A stretch of 64,000 nucleotides of DNA from an uncultured Ignavibacteriales bacterium (GTDB lineage Bacteria > Zixibacteria > MSB-5A5 > GN15 > FEB-12). The notes beneath the pieces were generated by a model. That model ran no database searches, had not been told where the DNA came from, and worked only from the letters and a program-made list of their open reading frames with translations. The DNA is taken from contig CAYNIJ010000016.1 in the NCBI GenBank assembly GCA_964397415.1, positions 5,048 to 69,047 on the forward strand. Reading direction: 5' to 3'. This document shows, piece after piece, positions 56,800-64,000 of this stretch (position 1 is the first letter of the stretch; each line of letters opens with the position of its first letter). Made by a program: the position numbers and the translations under genes.

Positions 56800-57672
56800 T
56801 CACTCGTCAGATTCGTCATCAGCGGGCGGGTTGTTTTTCCGCTGGAGAACCCGCGCGCGGTGCGCGTACACTTTCGCCGGAATCTCTTTGCCAATTGAAA
56901 TCAACGAATGTGCCAGCCACTTCAGGTAATTTGGATCCTTGGGATCCAGTTTCACCAACCGCTTGGTCGGCTCGATAGCCTCCTGGTGGCGACCCAGAGC
57001 GCCAAGTGCCTGTGCCAGCACGCACAGGTTCCACTCTTCATACTCGCGCGAGATCGCCAAGACACGGCGGGCTACCATCAGCGCGCGTTCCGGCTCGCCG
57101 ATTAACAGGTACCATCCAGCGAGGTTCGACAGCGCGTGAGCGTCGCTAGGGTTCGTCTCAGCGAGCGACTCCGCCGTTTCGAACCGCGCGGCGGTTCCTT
57201 CGCCGAAAAGAAAATCCAGCCGCAACCGGGTCAGCTTGATACGCACGCGCGTCAACAAACGGCCAAGCATATTGTAGCCGACCGCCTTGTCGCCGATCCC
57301 GTCATACCAGTCATCCCGGCTGGCATAGACCAATTCGGCTGAACCGGTGCCGGCCAGCAGATGCTCGAGATCAAGGTGCTGCGTGAACTTGGCCGTTAAG
57401 GCACGGTACAGGTAGTCATCCCGCTGGGCTTCCCACTTGTGGCGACGCGTGAACGTCTGGCCACTGATCAGCTGGAGAGCTTCCTCGACCGAGCTCGTCA
57501 GGCGAAGTCCGGCCTGCACTGCTTCGGGAAACTCTTCCCCAAGCAGGTAGTGGCGGACAGTCGGCCAAGTCACCTGATCGATCCGCACCGCGTGCGGCGA
57601 CTCATTGACGAATGCTCCATAGATGTTGTGAGTCTGATCGAAGTAGATCGTCTTCCGCTCACCAGCGTTCAT
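56800..57672 (-). CDS. NADAR (YbiA-like) domain fused to C-terminal TPR repeats
   Basis: Aligns by eye to E. coli YbiA blocks: IYFD....YGAFVN, IDQVTWPTVRHYLLGEEF, ALTAKFTQH..LEHLL..TG.AELV, and DDWYDGIGD...GYNMLGRLLTRVR. The helical TPR-like tail starts after ~residue 170. The start could be 57702 or 57672. Confidence 0.7.
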   Translation of the reverse strand: MNAGERKTIYFDQTHNIYGAFVNESPHAVRIDQVTWPTVRHYLLGEEFPEAVQAGLRLTSSVEEALQLISGQTFTRRHKWEAQRDDYLYRALTAKFTQHLDLEHLLAGTGSAELVYASRDDWYDGIGDKAVGYNMLGRLLTRVRIKLTRLRLDFLFGEGTAARFETAESLAETNPSDAHALSNLAGWYLLIGEPERALMVARRVLAISREYEEWNLCVLAQALGALGRHQEAIEPTKRLVKLDPKDPNYLKWLAHSLISIGKEIPAKVYAHRARVLQRKNNPPADDESDE

Positions 57673-58016
57673 CACACTAACTCCTTTACCGGCCGCGGAC
57701 ACGAGTGTGCCGCCACCGAGTTGTCGATTGACTGTCTCGATGATCTGTGAGGGTGTGCGTCGCTCACCCGACAGGCGGGCGTACGTCGGCGACTACCGTC
57801 CAGACCACTGGACAGACTGTTTCATTCACTGCGTGTGAGTTTGCTGGTATTAGGGATCACCCAGTGTCACGGCTGGATGAGAGGAGACTTTGAAAGTTCC
57901 GAAGTCCCGGGCGAGCGCCAAGACCATGCCATCCAAACCAGCAACCTCAGTTTAGTAGGGTGCTACTTTGCCTTGTCACGAAACTACCTTTCTGCCGATC
58001 ACTCGGCGATTGAGAG

Positions 58017-58049
58017 ACAAAAAATGGCGTGCCCACGATGGACCACGCC
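58017..58049 (-). terminator. Intrinsic terminator inside the long spacer
   Basis: Minus strand reads GGCGUG-12 nt-CACGCC followed by AUUUUUUGU. Confidence 0.6.
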
Positions 58050-58140
58050 TGCGTTTTCGCTATGTAACGATCTCCCCGACCCGTTGTCAAGTGGAAAGTG
58101 CCTACGGCGGTCCATGTAAGGCGTTGGTGGAAATAATACG

Positions 58141-58225
58141 GCCCGGCGGCAGAAATGTTTCCACTACCGGGCATGGTTGGCACTCGATAACTCGCCTTTC
58201 GAGTGCGTCCCCTCACGCTCCCGAC
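58141..58225 (-). repeat. Copy B of the 85-nt two-hairpin element
   Basis: Same architecture as 49619-49703, with hairpin gcactcga/tcgagtgc (58180-58206) and hairpin gcccgg/ccgggc (58141-58172). It begins about 37 nt downstream of the GNAT stop on the minus strand. Confidence 0.6.
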
Positions 58226-58261
58226 AGTGCCTGGGAACAAGCGATCGCATGACTAACATTA

Positions 58262-58699
58262 TCAGTGGTACAACAACCGGGGGCAGGTCATCGGGATGAG
58301 TGAATAACCGGATTTCTCATACAGCCTGATCGCCTCGGGCTGTTTTTTACCGGTCTCCAGAATTGCTTCGGCGAAGCCAAGGTCGGCGGCCCATCGCTCC
58401 AGTTCGGCGAGCACAGCTCCAGCTATACCCTGTCCCCTGAATACAGGCAGTACGAACATCCGTTTAATCTCGATAATCTTATCCGAGTATGGCTTGATAG
58501 CGCCACATCCAACAGCTCGGTTGTCGAGATATGCCACCACCACATGGCCGATCTTGTCGAGAGTATTGTAGGTGGCGTAGAACGAGTGCTCCTCGCCGTC
58601 GCGAATTCGAAGGTCCTGGTCGAGCAATACCACCAAAGCCCGGAAATCGGGGTTCGACGAATCAGTGCGGATCATCGTTGGCGACTGTTTCGAGTGCAT
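58262..58699 (-). CDS. GNAT-family N-acetyltransferase
   Basis: 145 aa with the acetyl-CoA motif VLPVFRGQGIAGAVL. The start could be the internal M at 58675. Confidence 0.8.
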   Translation of the reverse strand: MHSKQSPTMIRTDSSNPDFRALVVLLDQDLRIRDGEEHSFYATYNTLDKIGHVVVAYLDNRAVGCGAIKPYSDKIIEIKRMFVLPVFRGQGIAGAVLAELERWAADLGFAEAILETGKKQPEAIRLYEKSGYSLIPMTCPRLLYH

Positions 58700-58937
58700 C
58701 TATTCTCCCTGTCGCTAACTCTCATTATATAGCAGAAATAACGGCGACTTGTTAACTCCGGTTTCCCAAAGAAAAGGGTCCTTGGGCAGAGAGCACTGTC
58801 TATGCAGTCTTGACCATGAATCTTACTCAGAGAGCCATGCTCCAACCCGTTGACTTCCGTTTAGTTATTGCTGTATAACGGGATACGCTCGAGTAACGAA
58901 ATTCCGGGCCACCGTCACAATCTGGCAAAAAAGTGTC

Positions 58938-58966
58938 TTGACAAGACCTGCATTTGTCGATATATA
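58938..58966 (+). promoter_or_regulatory. Sigma70-like promoter candidate for the Rrf2 regulator
   Basis: TTGACA (58938-58943), a 17-nt spacer, then TATATA (58961-58966), 32 nt before the ATG. Confidence 0.35.
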
Positions 58967-58974
58967 GATAACAG

Positions 58975-58985
58975 ACTCTTAAATC
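58975..58985 (+). promoter_or_regulatory. Shared 11-mer ACTCTTAAATC (copy 1), candidate Rrf2 operator half
   Basis: The identical 11-mer recurs at 59489-59499 upstream of the cytochrome c/nosZ genes. Both are followed by (T)GGAATA or AGAATA. Confidence 0.3.
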
Positions 58986-58997
58986 TGGAATAGAACG

Positions 58998-59432
58998 ATG
59001 TTGTTCTCAAAAGGCTGTACCTACGCGATTCGCGCCTCCCTCCTGGTCACGACCAAGGAGTTGAAGGATGGCAGAAAATTCATTCCGATCAAGGAGCTGT
59101 CGGACGAGCTCGACCTCTCTTTCCATTTCCTCACCAAGATCATGCAGGAGCTGACGGAAGCGAAGATCATGGAATCTTTTCGCGGTCCGAACGGCGGCAT
59201 TGGGCTCGCCCGGCCGGCCAAAGATATTCGCTTGGTCGATGTGATCGAGGCGATTGACGGCCTGGACATTTTCACCGAATGCGCGCTCGGCCTTCCCGGG
59301 TGCGGCGAGGATACTCCCTGTCCCCTGCACGCTAGCTGGGCCAAACGCCGGGAAGATCTGCATCGGATGTTCGAGAAAACCACCCTGGCCAGCCTGGCCA
59401 AAGACCTCCAATCCAGCGGACTTCGGAACTAA
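58998..59432 (+). CDS. Rrf2-family transcriptional regulator with three-Cys cluster motif (NsrR/IscR-like)
   Basis: 144 aa with the N-terminal wHTH MLFSKGCTYAIRA. The Cys triad reads CALGLPGCGEDTPCPLH. Confidence 0.85.
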   Translation: MLFSKGCTYAIRASLLVTTKELKDGRKFIPIKELSDELDLSFHFLTKIMQELTEAKIMESFRGPNGGIGLARPAKDIRLVDVIEAIDGLDIFTECALGLPGCGEDTPCPLHASWAKRREDLHRMFEKTTLASLAKDLQSSGLRN

Positions 59433-59488
59433 GGTAGCTATATGAGAACCGACCGAAGAGAAGTACCTGTCAATATTTCAGATATCAT

Positions 59489-59499
59489 ACTCTTAAATC
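59489..59499 (+). promoter_or_regulatory. Shared 11-mer ACTCTTAAATC (copy 2) within an imperfect palindrome ATACTCTTAAATCAGAATAT
   Basis: Read directly, about 60 nt upstream of the cytochrome c start codon. Confidence 0.3.
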
Positions 59500-59557
59500 A
59501 GAATATGAATAGTCAGACACCTAACTGGTTTTTCTCACACAATAAAGGAACGATGGT

Positions 59558-60085
59558 ATGAAGTCCTTGATTCTCTTTAGCGCGATTACCCTGGCGTTGA
59601 TCCTCGTCGTCATCGGCTGCTCTTCCACTCCCGAGACCGACGCCGAGCGCCAGGCACGCTGGGCCACCGGCAACCTCACTAGTTGGGAGACCGAACACGG
59701 TATTGGCCCGGTCACTGAGGCTACTCCTATCGCCAATATCGATCCCTCACGAGCTGCTTCTGGTCACGACCTCTTTGTGAAAAAGTGCGCGACGTGCCAC
59801 TACCTGGATCACAAAAAGACCGGTCCGATGCTTCGCGACGTCACCAAACGCCGCTCGGCTGAGTACGTGCTCAACCAGATCCTGAATCCTGAACAGATGG
59901 GAAAACTCCATCCGGACGGCAAAAAGCTGGTCGCGCAGTATGCCCAGTACATGACGATTCAGGGAATCACCCGCGAAAACGCGGAGGATCTGCTCGCCTT
60001 CCTTCGCTCGGAAGCGGACAAGCCGGCGCTTCCTCCGGAGCAGCAACCGGGATTTGGTACGCCGCCCCCAGCGCCGGGAATTTGA
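59558..60085 (+). CDS. Monoheme c-type cytochrome lipoprotein
   Basis: 175 aa with lipobox LVVIGC, a single CATCH heme motif, and a distal Met region (NPEQMGKL). Confidence 0.8.
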   Translation: MKSLILFSAITLALILVVIGCSSTPETDAERQARWATGNLTSWETEHGIGPVTEATPIANIDPSRAASGHDLFVKKCATCHYLDHKKTGPMLRDVTKRRSAEYVLNQILNPEQMGKLHPDGKKLVAQYAQYMTIQGITRENAEDLLAFLRSEADKPALPPEQQPGFGTPPPAPGI

Positions 60086-60129
60086 ACAGGTAATATGAGA
60101 AACGCAAAAGGTAATATGAGGAGGACAGA

Positions 60130-62046
60130 ATGAACGCAAATCGAACGATCTTTATATCGGCCAGCGCACTCCTGCTACTTCTGCTGGCTCTGGTCGGAGG
60201 GTGCTCTAAAAAGCAGGAAGTAGGTGGAGTAGGTGACGCGCCGGCGAAAGTATATGTCGCGCCGGGGACCTATGACGAGTTTTACGCTTTTATGTCAGGC
60301 GGATTCAGCGGTCAGGTCTCTGTCTATGGTCTGCCGTCGGGCCGTCTGTTCCGCGTGATCCCGGTCTTCAGTCAGGACCCCGAAAAGGGATACGGTTATT
60401 CCGAGGAAACCAAGCCGCTAATGAACACATCGCACGGCTTTATCCCGTGGGATGACGCGCACCATCCGCAACTGTCCGTCACCGATGGTCAGACTGATGG
60501 CCGCTGGCTGTTCATCAATGGGAACAACACGCCGAGAATCGCGCGAATCGATCTGACAACCTTTGAAACGGTAGAGACAATTGAGATCCCGAACTCGGGT
60601 GGCAACCACGGCTCGCCGTATCTGACGCCGAACACGGAATACGTGGTCGCGTCGACCCGTTTCTCGGTGCCGATACCGCAAAAGGATGTTCCGATCAGTT
60701 CCTATAAAGAGAACTTCAAAGGGACCATCTCCTATATCAAAGTCGACTCCGCCACCGGTCGTATGAACATAGCGTTTCAGATCCTGGTGCCGGGGATCAA
60801 CTATGATCTCTCCCGCTCCGGCAAAGGTCCCTCGTACGGATGGTCATTCTTTAGCTCCTACAACTCCGAGCAGGCCAACACGCAGCTTGAGGTGAACGCA
60901 TCGCAGAATGACAAAGACTTCATTGCCGCCGTGAACTGGAAACTGGCCGAAGAACTGGTCGCGCAGGGTAAGGGCGAGCAGTGGCCGTCAAACTATTATC
61001 ACAATTATATGGACGCGGCGGATGTGGGGAAAAGCGAGGTCATGAGCGGTACCACCGTGCTCAACGCAAAGGAGCATCCGGGACTCGTCTACTATCTGCC
61101 AACACCGAAATCACCGCATGGTTGCGATGTTGACCCATCCGGCGAATATATCGTCGCCGGCGGCAAGCTCGCGGCGCTGATACCGGTTCACTCCTTCACC
61201 AAGTTCCAACAGGCTATTGCCAACAAAGAATTCGACGGAGAATATGACGGCATCCCGATCCTTAAGTATGAATCGGTGATTGCCGGCGAAGTAAAGGAGC
61301 CGGGCCTTGGGCCGCTCCATACCGAATTTGATGGTCTGGGATACGGCTATACATCGATGTTTCTCTCTTCCGAGATCGTGAAGTGGAAGATCGGAACGTG
61401 GGAAGTGGTTGACCGCATTCCGACGTATTACTCCATCGGACACCTGATGATCCCGGGCGGTGACACCAAACAGCCGTACGGCAAGTATGTCGTGGCGCTG
61501 AATAAGATCACAAAGGATCGCTACCTTCCTACCGGTCCGGAATTGACGCAGTCCGCGCAGTTGATCGATATCACGGGTGACAAGATGAAGCTGCTGCTTG
61601 ATTTTCCGACGATCGGCGAGCCGCACTACGCTCAGGCCTGTCCGGCGACGTTGATCAGAGACAAATCCAAGCGCTGGTACCCGATAGAGGAAAACCACAA
61701 TCCGTTTGCTATCAAGGCTGAAGGCGAAGCGCGTGTGGAACGGGACGGCAAGACCGTGCATGTCTACATGAGCACGATCCGCACACACTTCGCGCCAGAC
61801 AATATCGAGGGGATCAAGGTCGGTGATAAGGTTTACTTCCACGTTACCAATCTGGAACAGGATTGGGATGTGCCGCACGGTTTCAGTGTTCTTGGTTCCA
61901 CCAACTCCGAGTTGCTGATCTTGCCCGGCCAGACCCGGACGATCCTCTGGGAGCCGAAACAGGCTGGTGTGATTCCGTTCTACTGTACCGATTTCTGCTC
62001 GGCGTTGCATCAGGAGATGCAGGGCTGGATCCGAGTCTCGAGCTGA
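60130..62046 (+). CDS. nosZ: Nitrous-oxide reductase NosZ, Sec/lipoprotein-type (clade II)
   Basis: 638 aa. Sec/lipobox leader ...LALVGGC with no twin-Arg. The first CuZ motif is WDDAHHPQ (DxHH without the third His). The CuA site is CTDFCSALHQEMQG at the C-terminus. Confidence 0.95.
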   Translation: MNANRTIFISASALLLLLLALVGGCSKKQEVGGVGDAPAKVYVAPGTYDEFYAFMSGGFSGQVSVYGLPSGRLFRVIPVFSQDPEKGYGYSEETKPLMNTSHGFIPWDDAHHPQLSVTDGQTDGRWLFINGNNTPRIARIDLTTFETVETIEIPNSGGNHGSPYLTPNTEYVVASTRFSVPIPQKDVPISSYKENFKGTISYIKVDSATGRMNIAFQILVPGINYDLSRSGKGPSYGWSFFSSYNSEQANTQLEVNASQNDKDFIAAVNWKLAEELVAQGKGEQWPSNYYHNYMDAADVGKSEVMSGTTVLNAKEHPGLVYYLPTPKSPHGCDVDPSGEYIVAGGKLAALIPVHSFTKFQQAIANKEFDGEYDGIPILKYESVIAGEVKEPGLGPLHTEFDGLGYGYTSMFLSSEIVKWKIGTWEVVDRIPTYYSIGHLMIPGGDTKQPYGKYVVALNKITKDRYLPTGPELTQSAQLIDITGDKMKLLLDFPTIGEPHYAQACPATLIRDKSKRWYPIEENHNPFAIKAEGEARVERDGKTVHVYMSTIRTHFAPDNIEGIKVGDKVYFHVTNLEQDWDVPHGFSVLGSTNSELLILPGQTRTILWEPKQAGVIPFYCTDFCSALHQEMQGWIRVSS

Positions 62047-62052
62047 GGTGAT

Positions 62053-62754
62053 ATGACTTCTTCGAGCAGGCAACAGGATTCCGATGATCCGGTCGATAAG
62101 ACCGGGTCATCGGGCCAACCACATGAGGCGGTGAAGCCAACGCGACGCGGGCTGCTTACCCTTTCGTCCCGCATTGCTATTGCCCTCGCCGCCCTCATGT
62201 TATCTTTTACGTACTTCTTCCCTCTCTGGGAGATCACGCTCGAAGCGCCACAGTACCCGGAAGGTCTCGGGCTGGAGATCTGGATCAACCAGATGCAGGG
62301 GCAACATCCCGGCGACCTCAATAAGATAAACAACCTGAATCATTATATTGGGATGAAGACGATCAAGCCGGAGTCAATTCCGGAACTAAAGATCATGCCG
62401 TGGGTGATGCGCGGTGTGATGTTGATCGGCCTTGTGGTCGCGGCAACCGGACGCCGGTCGTGGCTGACGATTTGGTTGCTCATCTTCATCGCGGTTGCCG
62501 GCGCTGGCCTAGTCGATTTCTATCTCTGGGGATACGATTACGGCCACAACCTTGACACTGAGCACGCGATCATCAAGGTACCGGGAATGAGTTATCAGCC
62601 ACCGGTCATTGGCGCGAAGAAGCTCCTGAATTTCAGGGCAATATCCCTCCCGGGGGTCGGCGGGTGGGTCGCTATCGGGTCATTCCTTATCGGTCTACTC
62701 GTCTGGCTGCTGGAGACGCGACGACAGAGAAAGCTGGCAACGCATGTGGTGTAG
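62053..62754 (+). CDS. nos-cluster membrane protein (NosB-like position, function unknown)
   Basis: 233 aa with about 4 TM helices, starting 7 nt after the nosZ stop. It overlaps the nosL start by 11 nt. Confidence 0.65.
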   Translation: MTSSSRQQDSDDPVDKTGSSGQPHEAVKPTRRGLLTLSSRIAIALAALMLSFTYFFPLWEITLEAPQYPEGLGLEIWINQMQGQHPGDLNKINNLNHYIGMKTIKPESIPELKIMPWVMRGVMLIGLVVAATGRRSWLTIWLLIFIAVAGAGLVDFYLWGYDYGHNLDTEHAIIKVPGMSYQPPVIGAKKLLNFRAISLPGVGGWVAIGSFLIGLLVWLLETRRQRKLATHVV

Positions 62755-63208
62755 CGTTCTGCTGACCCTCTTATCGACGATTGTCCTGATAGGCTGTGGG
62801 ACGCGTGGTCCGGCACCCATCAATTACGGAACTGACCTTTGCGACTACTGCGACATGACGATCGCCGACAAGGCATTCGGCACCGAGATGGTCACTACTA
62901 AGGGTAAGATACTCAAGTACGACTCCATTGAGTGTCTCGCCGCCTCCGAATTCGAGCGAGGCGGCAGCGCTGATATCCACTCGCGATGGACCACCGACTT
63001 TAACAATCCCGGCCAATTCCTTAATACGGATCAAGCGATAATCGTAGCGACAGATCGTCAGAAGAGCCCAATGGGGATCGGGCTCGTCGCGGTCGGCAGC
63101 CGCGCCGCGGCGGATGACCTCATCGCGGCCAAAGGCGGACAGGTTCTTTCTTGGGAACAAACTGTTCAATTGGTGGTGGAATCGTGGAAACTTGCGGAGG
63201 CGAAGTGA
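62744..63208 (+). CDS. nosL: NosL copper-chaperone lipoprotein
   Basis: 154 aa with lipobox VLIGC and motifs CDYCDMTI and KYDSIEC, as in NosL. Confidence 0.8.
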   Translation: MWCSVLLTLLSTIVLIGCGTRGPAPINYGTDLCDYCDMTIADKAFGTEMVTTKGKILKYDSIECLAASEFERGGSADIHSRWTTDFNNPGQFLNTDQAIIVATDRQKSPMGIGLVAVGSRAAADDLIAAKGGQVLSWEQTVQLVVESWKLAEAK

Positions 63209-64000
63209 AGCGCATAAACTTCATTCTTATCGCCACACTACTTGCCGTGACTCTCCATACTGGACTGGCGCACGGAGCGGTCGTCCGCGTGCAGCCAACC
63301 GGCGAGTTCCAGAACCTTCGAGCGGCCCTGATGGCCGCTAATGATAATGACACGATTCTCGTCACTCCCGGCACTTATCGCGAATGGAATGTGACGGTTC
63401 ACAGATCTGTCACGATCCTCGGCGATGACTGGCCGGTGATCGATGCCTGCAATCAGGGTCCCCTACTGGAGGTGACCGCACCGAATGTGAGCATATCCGG
63501 TCTGATCTTGCGAAACGTTCCGGTCAGCTATGTCAAAGAACATGCGGCGATCCTTGTCTCAAATACTCAGGGGTGCGATATAGGCAACAACCGCTTTGAA
63601 GGCAATTTCTTCGCCATTTGCCTCGCCAACTCTAAGCGATGCCAGATCGCTGATAATGAAATTCGGGGAACCTCGACCGATCTGACCACCGCCGGAAACG
63701 CGATCCACCTCTGGAAATGTCGCGATATCACGATCACCGGGAATATCCTGCGCGGACATCGAGACGGCATCTATCTTGAGTTCGTCAAACACAGCCTCAT
63801 CACCAATAATCAGAGCGAGGAGAATCTTCGCTACGGCCTGCATTTCATGTTCTCGGATAGCTGCAACTATGAGGAAAACAGATTTGTCGGCAATGGCTCA
63901 GGTGTGGCCGTGATGTACACAACGCGTGTCGATATGTCGAACAATACGTTCGCCGATAGTTGGGGTGGCGCCGCCTACGGACTACTGCTTAAGGATATCA
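63205..64000 (+). CDS. nosD: NosD periplasmic beta-helix maturation protein (3'-truncated by the window end)
   Basis: GTG start overlapping the nosL stop (GTGA). My translation gives VKRINFILIATLLAVTLHTGLAHG..., then GIYLEF, RYGLHFMFS and GSGVAVMY blocks typical of NosD. No stop occurs before 64000. Confidence 0.8.
   Translation, partial: MKRINFILIATLLAVTLHTGLAHGAVVRVQPTGEFQNLRAALMAANDNDTILVTPGTYREWNVTVHRSVTILGDDWPVIDACNQGPLLEVTAPNVSISGLILRNVPVSYVKEHAAILVSNTQGCDIGNNRFEGNFFAICLANSKRCQIADNEIRGTSTDLTTAGNAIHLWKCRDITITGNILRGHRDGIYLEFVKHSLITNNQSEENLRYGLHFMFSDSCNYEENRFVGNGSGVAVMYTTRVDMSNNTFADSWGGAAYGLLLKDI

Noticed and set aside
57880-58250. Possible RNase P RNA (right size, with GAAGUCCCGGGC and GGAAAGUGCC strings)
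   Set aside because: The P4 partner sequence (CCCGGGCUU-type) is missing, and other conserved regions (the ACAGAA.CCGGCUUA type) are absent. Part of the region is duplicated at 49.6 kb, which a single-copy RNase P gene would not explain. I also compared it by eye with tmRNA, SRP and 6S RNA hallmarks and found no match.
57835-58252. Three overlapping 94-97-aa ORFs in the long spacer
   Set aside because: Their sequences are Arg/Gly/Ser/Cys-rich. They cross two terminator-like hairpins and the repeated element, lack RBS-like sequences, and have mutually exclusive frames. I treat the region as non-coding.
61111-62073. 320-aa minus-strand ORF
   Set aside because: It is antisense to nosZ, which has clear CuZ and CuA motifs. 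It is a shadow ORF.
1-64000. Search by eye for CRISPR arrays, tRNA/rRNA genes, transposases, integrases, phage genes, toxin-antitoxin pairs and known defence-system hallmarks
   Set aside because: I recognised none. The only nucleotide-level repeats found are the 85-nt element pair, the intragenic DUF4397 duplication and short operator-like motifs. A proper tRNAscan, Infernal or defence-finder run could still reveal items I missed.

Overview
Gene-dense 64-kb window with about 50 CDS, mostly on the minus strand. I found no rRNA, tRNA, CRISPR array, transposase or integrase by eye. The host looks like a Gram-negative bacterium of the FCB-superphylum type. Two proteins end in T9SS/Por-type C-terminal sorting domains (NYPNPFNP.TTI.F...), and a TamA/TamB pair is present. 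Read left to right, the window contains the following. (1) A four-gene Cys-motif thiol-redox membrane cassette. (2) A Ser/Thr kinase fused to a hydrolase-like domain, and a Zn-ADH. (3) tamA/tamB. (4) An octaheme (8 x CxxCH) HAO-family-like cytochrome with an FNR-type palindrome upstream. (5) Two paralogous DUF3857/transglutaminase-like lipoproteins. (6) MsrB-MsrA. (7) Two group-II PLP decarboxylases flanking a PIG-L deacetylase. (8) A translationally coupled TlpA / DUF4266-like / DUF3570-like / ApbE operon. (9) DinB, CDGSH and GNAT stress-type genes. (10) DUF4397 surface proteins, fasciclin and DUF378 next to a MerR-B12 (CarH/LitR-like) regulator. (11) A porin-like protein with a CHASE4-GAF-PAS hybrid kinase, and a kinase-TPR protein. 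(12) A deacetylase-like/GNAT pair. (13) SDR-DUF2867 and TspO. (14) A histidine kinase with a sigma54-type response regulator. (15) A cysteine-synthase-family enzyme, a NADAR-TPR fusion, and finally an Rrf2 regulator with a Sec-type (clade II) nosZ cluster (cyt c, nosZ, membrane protein, nosL, nosD, truncated at the window end). Three candidates for something undescribed stand out. First, the ApbE operon, whose barrel-like DUF3570-type protein carries a D-x-x-T-G-A-S flavinylation-type motif. Second, an 85-nt hairpin-pair element present twice (49.6 kb and 58.2 kb) at the 3' ends of minus-strand transcription units; the second copy lies in an unusually long (about 560 bp) structured non-coding spacer. 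Third, the CarH-like B12 regulator placed divergently from a surface-protein operon. All functional calls come from motif recognition by eye. No database search was run.
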